From assembly GCA_963727525.1 (NCBI GenBank), contig CAVSGO010000007.1:288001-352000 (forward strand): a stretch of 64,000 nucleotides of DNA, in the 5' to 3' direction. The notes below the pieces were generated by a model. It made no database searches and was not told where the DNA came from. It saw nothing but the letters and a program-made list of their open reading frames with translations. Positions 50,741 to 61,794 of this stretch are shown here, one piece after another. Each line of letters starts with the position of its first letter. Position 1 is the first letter of the stretch. Source of the stretch: an uncultured bacterium. GTDB taxonomy: Bacteria; Krumholzibacteriota; Krumholzibacteriia; LZORAL124-64-63. The translations under genes were made by a program, and so were the position numbers.

Positions 50741-52903
50741 ATGAGCGAGCCACTCCCGGACGGCGTTCCGGTCGCCGCGCTCGGCCTGCGCGAAGATTTT
50801 CTGGTCCCTACTCTCGAGCAATGGCATGCGGAGTGCGTGAAGCTCCTCAAGGGAGTGCCTTTCGAGAAGAAGATGGTCACCCCGACCTACGAGGGGATCA
50901 CACTGCAGCCGCTCTACACGGCGGCCGATACGGCCTCCCTCGAAGCGACCGGCGGGATGCCCGGGGCGCGGCCCTTCCTGCGCGGAACCCGTCCGCTGGG
51001 TTATCGTCAGCAACCCTGGCAGGTGGCACAGGAGCTGCCGTATCCGGCCTACGAGGACTTCAACGACGCGCTGCGGCATGATCTGGCGCGCGGGCAGGAC
51101 ACGGTCGTGCTGGTCATTGACGCCGCGGGCCAGGCCGGGCTCGATCCCGACCAGGCGCCGGCGGCGAAGGTGGGGCACGGGGGTACGTCGGTAGCGTCGC
51201 TGCGCGGGCTGCGCAAGGCCCTCGAGAGGATCGACCTGGCCGCGCACCCGGTGCATATCGAGTCGGGTTCCGCGGCGCTGACGTACGCCGCGCTCCTCGT
51301 CGCCCTGGCGCGGGAACGCGGCCTCGATCCGCGGCGCCTGCGCGGAAGCGTGGGCCTTGATCCGCTCGGCGGTCTCGCCCAGCTCGGACAGCTCCCACTC
51401 GCGCTCGTGCGCGCCTACGATGAACTGGGTTTGCTGACGCGCTGGGCCGCGGACCACGCTCCGGATCTGCGCACGGTGGCTGCGTATGGCCACCCGTATC
51501 ACGATGCGGGCGCCAGCGCCGTCCAGGAGCTGGCCTTCACGCTGGCGGCAGCCGTGAATCACCTTCGCGAGCTCGAGGAGCGGGGCGTTGCAGTCGAGAC
51601 CGCGGCGCCGCGGATTCTCTGCGGATTCTCCGTGGGTACGCACTTCTTCATGGAGATCGCCAAGCTACGCGCCGCGCGCGTGCTGTGGTCGCGGATCATC
51701 GGTGCGTGCGGCGGCGAGGAGTACGCGCAGGCGCTCAGCCTGCACGCACGCACGAGCCGCTTCGGACAGACCGTTTGCGATCCGCACGTGAACATCGTGC
51801 GGGGCACGACCGAGGCCATGGCCGCGATACTGGGCGGGGTGGACAGCTTGCACGTCGCGCCGTTCGATGAGGCGCTGGGACTGCCCGACGCCTTCAGCCG
51901 GCGTCTCGCGCGCAACACGCACACCATCCTGCGCGAGGAGAGCCATCTCGACCTGGTGGTCGATCCCGCCGGCGGTACCTGGTACGTCGAGGCCTTGACG
52001 GCGCAGGTCGCGTCAGCGGCATGGGCACTCTTCCAGGAGGTCGAGACCCGTGGCGGACTGGTGGCGGCGTTGAAGAGCGGCTGGGTGCAATCGGAGATCG
52101 GACGCACGGCGCAGGCGCGACGCGAACACCTCGCGTGCCGCAAGGACGTGCTCGTGGGCACCACCAAATATGCGAATCCCCAGGAGCGCCCGTGCGTCGG
52201 CGGCAGTTTCGACCACACCGCATTCCATGCGCAGCGGTCGCGCACGCTGCAAGCCATGCGCACGCGCAGCGAGCACGCGGAGAGCGACGCCGTGCTGCGC
52301 AAGCTCGACGCCATCCTCGCCAGCCAGCCGGCAGGCATGTTCGACGCCATCGTGGATGCGGCGGCCCAGGGCGCGACCGTGGGGGAGCTGTGCGTCACGT
52401 TCCGGCATGACGCCGATCCGCAGATGCAGGTGGTTCCGCTGCGTCCTTTGCGCGCTGCGGAGCCGTTCGAAACGTTGCGTTTGGCGGTGCAGGCGTATGC
52501 CGCACAGCAGCCGGCGGCGACACGAGTGTTCTGTGCCAATCTCGGGGATGTCGCGCGGTACATGACCCGTCTCGACTTCGTGAAGGGGTTCTTCCAGACG
52601 GGCGGCTTCACCGTCGTCGCCGACCGCACGTTCCAGGCGCCGGCGGAGGCGGCCGCGGCGGCGAAGGACGACGGCGCGGCCACGGCTGTGATCGTGGGCC
52701 TCGACGAGACGTACGCGGAGTTGGCGGCCGACACTGCCCACGCACTCAAGGCTGCCGGTATCGCTACCGTGGTCCTGGCTGGACAGCCGGGGGCGATAGG
52801 GGACGTTCTGCGGGGCGCCGGTGTGGACGATTTCATCCATGTGCGTTCCGACATCCTGACCACGCTGCAGCACCTGGCCACGAGCAAGGGGGTGGCGATG
52901 TGA
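50741..52903 (+). CDS. mutA: Methylmalonyl-CoA mutase small (beta) subunit
   Basis: [39 protein letters not shown]; lacks DxHxxG; overlaps mutB start. Confidence 0.88.
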   Translation: MSEPLPDGVPVAALGLREDFLVPTLEQWHAECVKLLKGVPFEKKMVTPTYEGITLQPLYTAADTASLEATGGMPGARPFLRGTRPLGYRQQPWQVAQELPYPAYEDFNDALRHDLARGQDTVVLVIDAAGQAGLDPDQAPAAKVGHGGTSVASLRGLRKALERIDLAAHPVHIESGSAALTYAALLVALARERGLDPRRLRGSVGLDPLGGLAQLGQLPLALVRAYDELGLLTRWAADHAPDLRTVAAYGHPYHDAGASAVQELAFTLAAAVNHLRELEERGVAVETAAPRILCGFSVGTHFFMEIAKLRAARVLWSRIIGACGGEEYAQALSLHARTSRFGQTVCDPHVNIVRGTTEAMAAILGGVDSLHVAPFDEALGLPDAFSRRLARNTHTILREESHLDLVVDPAGGTWYVEALTAQVASAAWALFQEVETRGGLVAALKSGWVQSEIGRTAQARREHLACRKDVLVGTTKYANPQERPCVGGSFDHTAFHAQRSRTLQAMRTRSEHAESDAVLRKLDAILASQPAGMFDAIVDAAAQGATVGELCVTFRHDADPQMQVVPLRPLRAAEPFETLRLAVQAYAAQQPAATRVFCANLGDVARYMTRLDFVKGFFQTGGFTVVADRTFQAPAEAAAAAKDDGAATAVIVGLDETYAELAADTAHALKAAGIATVVLAGQPGAIGDVLRGAGVDDFIHVRSDILTTLQHLATSKGVAM

Positions 52904-55083
52904 GCCGCATTCCGGATTTCCGCAAGATCGCCCTCACCGCGACACCTTACGGCAATCGCGACTCGTGGGAAGCCCAGGTGCGCGGCCTGACCGGTCACGA
53001 CGCGGCGGCGCTCGCCTGGCGGACCCACGAGCAGATCGACGTGGCACCGCTGTATACTGCCGACGACCTCGAGAACCTCGAGCACCTCGGATACCTCTCC
53101 GGCATTCCCCCGTTCCTGCGTGGCCCTTACGCGACGATGTATCTCGTGCGGCCCTGGACGGTACGCCAGTACGCAGGTTTCTCCACGGCCGAGGAGAGCA
53201 ACGCGTTCTACCGGCGCAACCTCGCAGCGGGACAGAAGGGACTGTCGGTGGCCTTCGACCTGGCCACCCATCGCGGCTACGACAGCGACCACCCGCGTGT
53301 GGCGGGCGACGTGGGCATGGCCGGTGTGGCCATCGACTCGATCCTCGACATGAAGGCGCTCTTCGACGGGATCCCGCTCGATCAGATGTCGGTGTCGATG
53401 ACGATGAACGGCGCCGTGCTGCCGGTGATGGCCTTCTACATCGTGGCTGCTCTCGAGCAAAGTGCGAGCCTCGCTCAGCTCCAGGGGACGATCCAGAACG
53501 ATATCCTCAAGGAGTACATGGTTCGCAACACGTACATTTACCCGCCTGAATTCTCGATGCGCATCATCGGCGACATCTTTGCGTTCACCTCGCAGCACAT
53601 GCCGAAGTTCAACTCGATCTCGATCTCCGGCTACCACATGCAGGAGGCCGGGGCATCGGCCGATCTCGAACTGGCCTACACGCTGGCCGATGGCGTGCAA
53701 TACGTGCGGACGGGCGTGGCGGCCGGGCTGCCCGTGGATGCGTTCGCGCCCCGCCTGAGCTTTTTCTGGGGCGAGGGCATGAATTACTTCATGGAGATCG
53801 CCAAGCTACGGGCCGGACGCGTGCTCTGGGCGAAGCTGATGCGCGAGTTCTCGCCGCAGGATCCGCGGTCGCTCGCGCTGCGCACACACTCGCAGACCAG
53901 CGGCTGGTCGCTCGCTGAACAGGATCCATTCAACAACGTGATCCGCACCTGCGTGGAGGCGATGGCGGCGGCCCTGGGCCACACGCAGTCTCTGCACACC
54001 AATGCGCTCGACGAGGCCATCGCCTTGCCCACCGACTTCTCCGCGCGCATCGCACGTAACACGCAGCTTTACCTTCAGGACGAGACGCGGATATGCAGCG
54101 TCGTCGATCCCTGGGGCGGCAGCTTCTACCTGGAGTCGCTCACCGCGGCGCTGATGCGCCGGGCGTGGGTCCACATCCAGGAGGTGGAGCAGCTGGGCGG
54201 TATGGCGCAGGCCATCGGCAGCGGTTTGCCCAAACTTCGCATCGAGGAGGCATCGGCCCGGCGCCAGGCCCGCATCGACAGCGGCCAGGAGACGATTGTC
54301 GGCGTCAACAGGTACCGGCTCGACCGCGAGGAACCCCTGGAGATCCTCGAGGTGGACAACACGGAGGTGCGGCGCCAGCAAATCGAGCGACTGGAGCGGC
54401 TCAAGCGCGAACGCGACGGCGACGCAGTGGCGGCCGCCCTGGCGGCCCTGACGCGTGGCGCCGCGACGGGCGACGGCAACCTGCTCGCCCTCGCGATCGA
54501 TGCGGCCAGGGCGCGGGCCTCTCTTGGCGAGATCAGCGATGCCCTCGAAACGGTGGTGGGACGCCACAAGGCGGAGGTCAGGACCATCAGCGGAGTGTAC
54601 AGCGCCGAGTACGGCGACGGTGCGGGGATGCGCGAGGTGCGCGCGCTGGTCGAGCGCTTCACTGCGCACGAGGGCCGACGCCCGCGCATCATGATCGCGA
54701 AGATGGGGCAAGACGGACATGACCGCGGGGCCAAGGTCGTGGCCACGGCCTACGCCGATCTTGGCTTCGACGTCGATGTCGGCCCGCTCTTCCAGACACC
54801 GCAAGAGACCGCGCGGCAGGCCGTGGAGAACGACGTGCACGTGGTCGGCATGTCCTCGCTGGCAGCGGGGCACAAGACGCTGCTGCCGCAACTCGTGGAC
54901 GAGCTACGCGCCCTCGGGCGTGACGACATTATGGTCGTGGTGGGCGGCGTGATTCCCACCCAGGACTACGAATTCCTGCGCGAGCACGGTGCTGCGGCCA
55001 TCTTCGGACCGGGCACGGTGATCCCGCAGGCGGCGCGCACGATCCTCGAGGATTTGCTGCGGCGCCTGGACCTGGAACGCTGA
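52900..55083 (+). CDS. mutB: Methylmalonyl-CoA mutase large subunit (B12-binding)
   Basis: [41 protein letters not shown]. Confidence 0.96.
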   Translation: MSRIPDFRKIALTATPYGNRDSWEAQVRGLTGHDAAALAWRTHEQIDVAPLYTADDLENLEHLGYLSGIPPFLRGPYATMYLVRPWTVRQYAGFSTAEESNAFYRRNLAAGQKGLSVAFDLATHRGYDSDHPRVAGDVGMAGVAIDSILDMKALFDGIPLDQMSVSMTMNGAVLPVMAFYIVAALEQSASLAQLQGTIQNDILKEYMVRNTYIYPPEFSMRIIGDIFAFTSQHMPKFNSISISGYHMQEAGASADLELAYTLADGVQYVRTGVAAGLPVDAFAPRLSFFWGEGMNYFMEIAKLRAGRVLWAKLMREFSPQDPRSLALRTHSQTSGWSLAEQDPFNNVIRTCVEAMAAALGHTQSLHTNALDEAIALPTDFSARIARNTQLYLQDETRICSVVDPWGGSFYLESLTAALMRRAWVHIQEVEQLGGMAQAIGSGLPKLRIEEASARRQARIDSGQETIVGVNRYRLDREEPLEILEVDNTEVRRQQIERLERLKRERDGDAVAAALAALTRGAATGDGNLLALAIDAARARASLGEISDALETVVGRHKAEVRTISGVYSAEYGDGAGMREVRALVERFTAHEGRRPRIMIAKMGQDGHDRGAKVVATAYADLGFDVDVGPLFQTPQETARQAVENDVHVVGMSSLAAGHKTLLPQLVDELRALGRDDIMVVVGGVIPTQDYEFLREHGAAAIFGPGTVIPQAARTILEDLLRRLDLER

Positions 55084-55224
55084 CGGCTCGATGTGTTCGC
55101 GATGCGGTGGGAGGATGGCGGAATTCTTGCGCTGGAGCTTCGACGTCGCGTCATGGTAGTTTGAGCAGCAACAGATCCGGCCTCGATCATACGGGGTCGG
55201 CGATTCGCATCGAGGACACGCGCG

Positions 55225-58200
55225 ATGTCACGCTCATCAATCTTGCCGCTACTGCTGGCCGCGCTCCTCGTCACCTGTGCTTCGACAGCCGGGGCTCGTA
55301 CCTACCCCTTCCGACATTTCTCCGAGCGCAATGGCATCCCCGGCAGTTCGGTCACCGGTATCGCTCAGGACACGAGCGGATGCATCTGGTTCGCCACCCG
55401 TGCCGGCCTCGTGCGGTATGATGGCACCGACTGGCAGACCCAGGGGACGGAGGCTGGTCTGCTGGCCGCCTGGCAGAGCGATGTCGCTGTGGACGATCGC
55501 GGCGGACTCTGGTCCATCGCGCTGAACACGCCGTTGCGTCTGTCCCACGAGGTTGGGGGACGCTGGGAGGTCATCGCCCGACCGGACGACGTGCACCTGG
55601 GGGGCGAGGCGTCCCAGCTGGCCCTGGGGCGCGATCCTGCCGGCGCCGTCACGGCGGCCGTGCTGGTGCGGGCGAGCCTGGTCGCGGTGTGGTCGGCGGG
55701 AGCCTGGCGGATCTGCGATCTCGGTGCCCTGAACGCCACGGTGTATGGCCTCAACTGGTTTGCCGAGTCCCTGTATATCGCAACCTCGCAGGGGTTGTTC
55801 CGCTTGCCGGATCCAGTGAATGTGGCGGAACTCGCTCCTGTGACCACGGCCCCGCCCGGACCCGTCTATGCCACCGCCATCGACAGGACACGCGGCGTGC
55901 TACGCGTCATCGGCGAGGGCTGGCTCGGTTCGCTCACACCGGACGGCTTCACGCTGGATGACCACGTTCCCGCGTTGCGATTCGATTCGGTTCCCGTTCC
56001 CATCTCCGCGGCGGTCGACGATCTCGGCGGCATCTACTGCGGCGGTATGCCCGAGGTGTTCTACTATCACCCCATCGTCGGTGTGGAGTCGCTGTCGCGC
56101 GCCAGCGGCATGATCGCCAACGGACTCTCCGACGTGCTCGTGGATCGTGAAGGTCAGGTCTGGCTCGCGAGTCGTCGAGGCGTGTCGCGTCTGTCGAGCC
56201 GGCAACTCGTGTGCCTCAACGCGGCCGACGGTCTGCTGGGCGACGAGGTGTCCTCGGTCCTGCGCCGGCATGACGGCACTCTGGTGCTTGGACACGACGA
56301 CGGCGTCACCATCATGACACCGGAGCCGCAGAGCGTCATGCTCGTGCGGGATCCCGAGACGTTCCGGCGTGTGATCGATCTGCACGAGGATCTGGACGGC
56401 GCGATCTGGGCGGCGATGGACCGCAGCGGGCTGGCGCGGATCGCGCCTGACCACTCCGTCCGCTGGTTCACGGCGTCCGAGGGTGTGCCGGGCGCTGTCT
56501 ACGCCATCGCCACCGATCCGGCCGGGCGATTCTGGGTGGGGACGTCCGAGGGGCTCTTCCAGCGCACCGGCGAGGCATTCATGCCGGTGACGTTGCGTCA
56601 CGGTATGTTGCCGGACGAGCCCAGCATCCGGCGCCTGGTTGTGGCCCGCGATGGGTCCCTCTACGCGGCCACCGTACGCGACGGCATCTTCAGGTTCGCC
56701 GACGGCGAGGTTACGCAATGGCAGAACCTCCCGTACGACACCAATGACGGCACGTATGCCATCGTCGAGACGCCCGATGGGGAGCGGCTGGTCGGCACCG
56801 AGTCGGGTCTCTGCCGGCTTACCGGCGGAAGGCTCGCCCCACTCGAAGCGCCGGAGCCGGTGATCACGCGGCCGGTCTACTCCCTCGCTTGGGGGCCGGC
56901 GGGACATCTGTGGATCGGTACGAACGCCGGTGTCTACGAGTGGGATCACCAGCAGTTGCGTCACCTCGGCGTGACAGACGGCATCTGCGGCTGGGAGTGC
57001 AACCGCGACGCGCTCCTCTGGGATGGCGAGAGCCGGCTATGGATCGGCACCGATCGCGGCGTCGCCATCTACGATCCCCGGCTGGCGCGAGTGCCGTCTG
57101 TTCCCCTTCCCCTGTGGATTGCGGGATATACGGTGGATGGGCAGGAGCGACCGGCGAGCGGTGATCTCTCGCTCTCGGCACGCACGCGGGAGCTGATTGT
57201 CCGCTTCCGGGCACCGGCATTCGCGGACGAATCACGCCTCGAGTTCGCCACGTGTCTGGAGGGATTCGATGCCGATTGGTCGGCGCCCGAGTTGTCGCCG
57301 ACGCGCCAGGTAAGATACACGAACCTCCCGGCGGGCCGTTACCAATTCCGCGTGCAAGCATTCGACGTCGTCGGGAGGCAGAGCCCCGTGGTGTCGTCGG
57401 GCGCCATCGTGGTGAACGAAATCCTGACGCGACGCCCCTGGTTCCGGGTCCTGGTAGGATTCATGTTACTGGGACTGGCCTGGCTCGTCCTGTCCCTGGT
57501 TCAGGGCCGACGCTACGCCCACCGTCTCGCCACAGACGTGCAGGAGCGCACCTCGGCGCTTGCGCGGTCGGAGGCGACTATCCGGACGGAATCGCAACGT
57601 TTTGCGACGGTACTGGACAGCATCTCAGACGGCGTCCTCGCCGTGACGGCCGACGGCGAGATCACTCTCGGTAATCCGGCGGCGGCATCGTTGCTGGGTT
57701 GTAAGGCAGAAGACCTGACAGGGCGAAAGCTCGCAGACCTGCTTCCGGGCACACACGAGGTTGTGACCACCGCGCTGGCGGAATGCGCCAGGCGTGAAGG
57801 CGGCACGTGGGCGACGCGGGCTCACTGCGAGGCCCGGAGCGAAGTACCCGGCGATATCGGGCGCGACCTCGAATGTTCCGTGTCCGCGCTGACGACACCC
57901 ACCGGGCCCGGCGCGATGGTGCTGGCGTTTCGCGACGTCACCGAGCGGCGCCGGCTCGAGCAAGAGCAGATCCGGGCGCAGAAGCTGGAGTCGCTCGGCG
58001 TACTCGCCGGCGGCATCGCGCACGACTTCAACAACTTGCTGACGGTGACGCTCGGCAACCTTTCCCTCCTCGATCTGGCGTGTCGCGACGATCAGCGATC
58101 CCATCTCGAGCAGATGCGGATGGCGTCCGAGCGCGCCCAGCGTCTCACCGGCCAGCTCCTCACCTTCGCGCGTGGCGGTGCCCCCCAGAAGCGGTTGACG

Positions 58201-59058
58201 GATCTGCGCGCCCTGCTCGATGAAGTCGCGACCCTGGCGCTGGCGGGAACCGACCTGCAGTTCACGTTCGACCTCGAGGCGGACCTCTGGGACGCCGAGA
58301 TCGATCGGGGGCAGTTCGAACAGGTCCTGACCAACCTCCTGATCAACGCCCGCCAGGCTCTCCTGTCCGGCGGGCATATCTGGCTGGTGGCCCGCAACGT
58401 GGGCGATGACGACGGGCGGCGATTCGTCGAGATCACCGTGCGGGATGACGGCTGCGGCATCGCAACTGACCATCTCGAGCGCATCTTCGAGCCTTACTAC
58501 ACGACGAAGGCCCAGGGTTCGGGGCTGGGACTCGCGATCTGCCACTCGATCATCGCGCGCCATGGCGGGAGCATTGCCGTCGAGTCCGTGGCGGATCACG
58601 GCGCGGCGTTCACGCTGCGCATCCCGGCCAGCGAGCAGCGCGCGCGTTCCATCACGGCGCAAGCGACACCGCAGGGCAGGGAGGGGGTGCGAGTCCTCGT
58701 CCTCGACGACGAGCCCGCCGTGCGCGAACTCCTGGTGCACATGCTCGGGCGCCTCGGCCATGGCGCGGTCGCGGTCGCCGACGGTACGGATGCCGTGGCG
58801 AGCTATGACGAAGCGATGACCGTCGGGCAGCCGTTCTCCGCGGTGATCATGGACCTGACGATCCCCGGGGGCATGGGCGGCGTCGAGGCGTTCGCGCGAT
58901 TGCGGGAACGCGACTTCGGCGTCCGTGCGATCGTGGCGAGCGGCTACTCGCACGATCCGGTCCTGGCGGAGTATTCCCACCACGGATTCAAGGCGGCGCT
59001 CACCAAACCCTTCGACCTCGGCGCCCTCGCCGCGGCTCTCGACTCCGCGCTGGCGTAG
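55225..59058 (+). CDS. Hybrid sensor histidine kinase (beta-propeller + Y_Y_Y, TM, PAS, HisKA, HATPase, receiver)
   Basis: Propeller repeats, [45 protein letters not shown]. Confidence 0.92.
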   Translation: MSRSSILPLLLAALLVTCASTAGARTYPFRHFSERNGIPGSSVTGIAQDTSGCIWFATRAGLVRYDGTDWQTQGTEAGLLAAWQSDVAVDDRGGLWSIALNTPLRLSHEVGGRWEVIARPDDVHLGGEASQLALGRDPAGAVTAAVLVRASLVAVWSAGAWRICDLGALNATVYGLNWFAESLYIATSQGLFRLPDPVNVAELAPVTTAPPGPVYATAIDRTRGVLRVIGEGWLGSLTPDGFTLDDHVPALRFDSVPVPISAAVDDLGGIYCGGMPEVFYYHPIVGVESLSRASGMIANGLSDVLVDREGQVWLASRRGVSRLSSRQLVCLNAADGLLGDEVSSVLRRHDGTLVLGHDDGVTIMTPEPQSVMLVRDPETFRRVIDLHEDLDGAIWAAMDRSGLARIAPDHSVRWFTASEGVPGAVYAIATDPAGRFWVGTSEGLFQRTGEAFMPVTLRHGMLPDEPSIRRLVVARDGSLYAATVRDGIFRFADGEVTQWQNLPYDTNDGTYAIVETPDGERLVGTESGLCRLTGGRLAPLEAPEPVITRPVYSLAWGPAGHLWIGTNAGVYEWDHQQLRHLGVTDGICGWECNRDALLWDGESRLWIGTDRGVAIYDPRLARVPSVPLPLWIAGYTVDGQERPASGDLSLSARTRELIVRFRAPAFADESRLEFATCLEGFDADWSAPELSPTRQVRYTNLPAGRYQFRVQAFDVVGRQSPVVSSGAIVVNEILTRRPWFRVLVGFMLLGLAWLVLSLVQGRRYAHRLATDVQERTSALARSEATIRTESQRFATVLDSISDGVLAVTADGEITLGNPAAASLLGCKAEDLTGRKLADLLPGTHEVVTTALAECARREGGTWATRAHCEARSEVPGDIGRDLECSVSALTTPTGPGAMVLAFRDVTERRRLEQEQIRAQKLESLGVLAGGIAHDFNNLLTVTLGNLSLLDLACRDDQRSHLEQMRMASERAQRLTGQLLTFARGGAPQKRLTDLRALLDEVATLALAGTDLQFTFDLEADLWDAEIDRGQFEQVLTNLLINARQALLSGGHIWLVARNVGDDDGRRFVEITVRDDGCGIATDHLERIFEPYYTTKAQGSGLGLAICHSIIARHGGSIAVESVADHGAAFTLRIPASEQRARSITAQATPQGREGVRVLVLDDEPAVRELLVHMLGRLGHGAVAVADGTDAVASYDEAMTVGQPFSAVIMDLTIPGGMGGVEAFARLRERDFGVRAIVASGYSHDPVLAEYSHHGFKAALTKPFDLGALAAALDSALA

Positions 59059-59076
59059 GCGCCGATCACCGCGGGC

Positions 59077-59550
59077 TCAGAAGAATGTCCACCCGATCGT
59101 GGTTTTCAGATCGGGGCTGTCGGCGATGCCGAGCTTGATCTCGAGGAACAGCCGGTCGCCGTTGCCGATACCCTTTTCCACGCCACCGAGCAGATTGAGG
59201 CCGGTCTGCATGTCCGTGTCGCTGTGACCCCGCACACCCGCATCCCACTTGTACCAATTGAGGCCCACGCCGCCGCCGGCGTAGGGATGCCACACGTCCC
59301 AGTGGCGGGAGAATTGGCAGGCAACCTCGAAATTCAGAGCCGTCACCATGACGTTGTCGCCGAAACCGACCTCGAGGTTCGGCTGGAAGCGGACATGACG
59401 CGACACGGCGCCGAAGTCGCGGTGGATGCCGATATGGACCTGGTCGGGAGAAAAGGTCAGACCGCCGCGTGGACCCCAACCACCGGCGCTGGCCGTCGCT
59501 GCGGTACCCAGTATGGTGATAAAGAAACACGTCAATAGCGAACGCAGCAT
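59077..59550 (-). CDS. Small outer-membrane beta-barrel protein
   Basis: Signal peptide; PYAGGGVG; alternating strands; C-terminal aromatic GWTF. Confidence 0.75.
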   Translation of the reverse strand: MLRSLLTCFFITILGTAATASAGGWGPRGGLTFSPDQVHIGIHRDFGAVSRHVRFQPNLEVGFGDNVMVTALNFEVACQFSRHWDVWHPYAGGGVGLNWYKWDAGVRGHSDTDMQTGLNLLGGVEKGIGNGDRLFLEIKLGIADSPDLKTTIGWTFF

Positions 59551-59761
59551 GAGAGCGCCTTTCGTCAGTCGTGCGTGGCCCTGGTGTCCGTTATCCCCGG
59601 CCTTGCTTCTCGGGCAAGAAAGTGCCGTTCCAACGATTCGACAAGACGGCGCCGGTACGAATGACACGGGCGCGGTGGCTGATACGGCCATCCGGTTCTA
59701 GAATGACATTCGTGGAGCCCGGATCGGGCCGGAACGTGATCGCATCCTTGATCGAGGAGCA

Positions 59762-60484
59762 GTGACGATGCGCACATGGCTTGTCGTGGTAGTGTTGGTC
59801 GGCGGGGTCGTGGTCGCCACGGGGGCCGGCGTCGGCCCGGCATGCGCCGACGAATTCATCGAGACGTTCGATGCCGGTAGCAACGCCGGCGGCTGGACCT
59901 ACGGGGCGCCCACGGAAGGCATCGCGACGAGCGGCGGCCATCCCGGGGCATATCTCCACGCTTCGGGCCTCGACACCTACGCGCCGTACCTGCATACGGG
60001 TGCCGGTGCCTCGTCCATCTTCACGGGCGACTACCATTCGATGCATGTGACGAGTATCGGCGTGGATCTCGAGACCATCGCTGTCGATTTCTCGGCCGAC
60101 GAACGCGAATGCACGCCCATGTTGCGCAGCGACAACGGCACGCCCGACGACGACCAGGACGACTGGGCGGCCTACTATCTGGGTCCATACATCCCGGTGC
60201 CGGGCGACGGCTGGGCCGCGTACGACTTCACGATCCCCTGGGACGCGACGAGCTGGCCAAGCGGCTGGAGCTGGGTCGCGCTCGGCCCCGGGGCGCCGGC
60301 CTCGCCGGACTGGGCCGTGCTCATGAACGATGTGACCCAGGTCGGGTTCTTCTACGGCAACCCGGAATACTTCTTCATCTTCCAGATGTGGGAGCTGGGC
60401 GCGGACAATCTGCGCATCACGGCTGACAACACCGTCGTCGTGCAGTCTCGCGATTGGGGTGCGGTGAAGAGCCTGTTCCGCTGA
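59762..60484 (+). CDS. Secreted beta-sandwich protein with C-terminal WGAVKSLFR motif
   Basis: GAGGAG RBS; signal peptide; ends [15 protein letters not shown]. Confidence 0.75.
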   Translation: MTMRTWLVVVVLVGGVVVATGAGVGPACADEFIETFDAGSNAGGWTYGAPTEGIATSGGHPGAYLHASGLDTYAPYLHTGAGASSIFTGDYHSMHVTSIGVDLETIAVDFSADERECTPMLRSDNGTPDDDQDDWAAYYLGPYIPVPGDGWAAYDFTIPWDATSWPSGWSWVALGPGAPASPDWAVLMNDVTQVGFFYGNPEYFFIFQMWELGADNLRITADNTVVVQSRDWGAVKSLFR

Positions 60485-60557
60485 TCTGATCGGGAACCGG
60501 GGCGACGGTCTCGTGTTTCCTGCTCGTTGCCCCGCCCGGGTTCCCTTGGAGGCTGAC

Positions 60558-61091
60558 ATGAAACGCATCGTCCTGGCCGTGAGCGTGCTCGCTGTGGTGG
60601 GAGCGCTCGCCGCTGTCCGGCAGGAGAATCCCGACCACGCGAAGGACCCGGTCAAGCAGGAGGATTCCCCGGTGACATACAATCCTCTTACGTCTGCCGA
60701 GGCGCACGTGATCCTCGACAAGGGGACCGAGGCGCCTTTCTCCGGCGAGTACGAAGACAACACCTCCGCCGGCACCTACATCTGTCGTCGCTGCAACGCC
60801 CCGCTCTATCGCTCCGAGGACAAGTTCAACGCCCACTGCGGCTGGCCTGCCTTCGACGATGAGATTCCCGGCGCCGTGACGCGCCATCGCGATCGTGATG
60901 GCATCCGGACCGAGATCCTCTGCGCCAACTGCGGCGCGCACCTGGGCCACGTGTTCGAGGGCGAGCATTTCACGGCGAAGAACACGCGTCACTGCGTGAA
61001 TTCGGTCTCGATGGTCTTCGTGCCGAAGGGGCAGGAGCTCCCACCGGTGATCCATGCGGACGCGCAGAACGCCGACGCGTCCCGTGAGTAG
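60558..61091 (+). CDS. msrB: Peptide methionine-R-sulfoxide reductase with N-terminal export signal
   Basis: [44 protein letters not shown]. Confidence 0.92.
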   Translation: MKRIVLAVSVLAVVGALAAVRQENPDHAKDPVKQEDSPVTYNPLTSAEAHVILDKGTEAPFSGEYEDNTSAGTYICRRCNAPLYRSEDKFNAHCGWPAFDDEIPGAVTRHRDRDGIRTEILCANCGAHLGHVFEGEHFTAKNTRHCVNSVSMVFVPKGQELPPVIHADAQNADASRE

Positions 61092-61785
61092 CGTGTCTCT
61101 GCTGGCGCGGCGCTGGCTGGTCCGGCTCATGCCGCTCCTGCTTTGCGCCGCGCCTGCGCGCGCACTGCTTCCCGTATCCGACCAGCCTCTGCGCACCGTG
61201 TTCCTCGTACGTCATGGCGAGTACGCCCACACCGACGATTGCGATCCGGCAGTGGAATGCTCGCTGGTAGCGCTGGGCCGGCAGCAGACGCGGCTGGCGG
61301 CGGCGCGGCTCGACGCCATGCCGGTGCGGTTCACCTCCTTGCAGGCGAGCACGCTGGCCCGCGCCCGGGAGACGGCCGCGATCATCGCCGAGCACTTCCC
61401 CGAGCTGACGCTCACGCTTCACGACGACCTTCGCGAGTGCACGCCAACCACGCGGCGCGCCGACATCATGGCCAGCCTGGCCCCGGGCGAGGCCGACTCC
61501 TGCGATTCCCAGCTCGAGGCGCTCGCGCACCGGCTCCTGACGCCGGCCGCCGGGCCCGCCGATGAGAACGACATCGTCGTCTGCCACGGCAACGTCATCC
61601 GGTGGCTTGTCTGTCGGGTACTGGATGTCGATCCCACGGCGTGGCTTGGCATGAGTATCGCCAATGCGAGCCTCACCATCGTGCAGGTTCGCGCGGACGG
61701 ATCGCTCAAGCTGATCGGTTTCGGCGACTCCGGTCACGTCCCGTATCCGATGACCACGTACCCCGGAACCGAGGCGCCGCAGTGA
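61084..61785 (+). CDS. Histidine phosphatase family protein (PGAM5-like)
   Basis: [29 protein letters not shown]; start uncertain. Confidence 0.85.
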   Translation: MSSVSLLARRWLVRLMPLLLCAAPARALLPVSDQPLRTVFLVRHGEYAHTDDCDPAVECSLVALGRQQTRLAAARLDAMPVRFTSLQASTLARARETAAIIAEHFPELTLTLHDDLRECTPTTRRADIMASLAPGEADSCDSQLEALAHRLLTPAAGPADENDIVVCHGNVIRWLVCRVLDVDPTAWLGMSIANASLTIVQVRADGSLKLIGFGDSGHVPYPMTTYPGTEAPQ

Positions 61786-61794
61786 CAGGCGAGA

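Noticed and set aside
50741-55083. mutAB without an adjacent meaB or epimerase gene
   Set aside because: These genes are often located elsewhere; not informative from one window.
59612-59630. Possible sigma-54 promoter upstream of the beta-barrel gene (CGGCACTTTCTTGC on the minus strand)
   Set aside because: GG-to-GC spacing is 9 nt rather than the required 10.
60558-61091. MsrB or the glutaredoxin as additional selenoproteins
   Set aside because: Both encode Cys at the catalytic positions (RHCVNS, CPDC) with no in-frame TGA.
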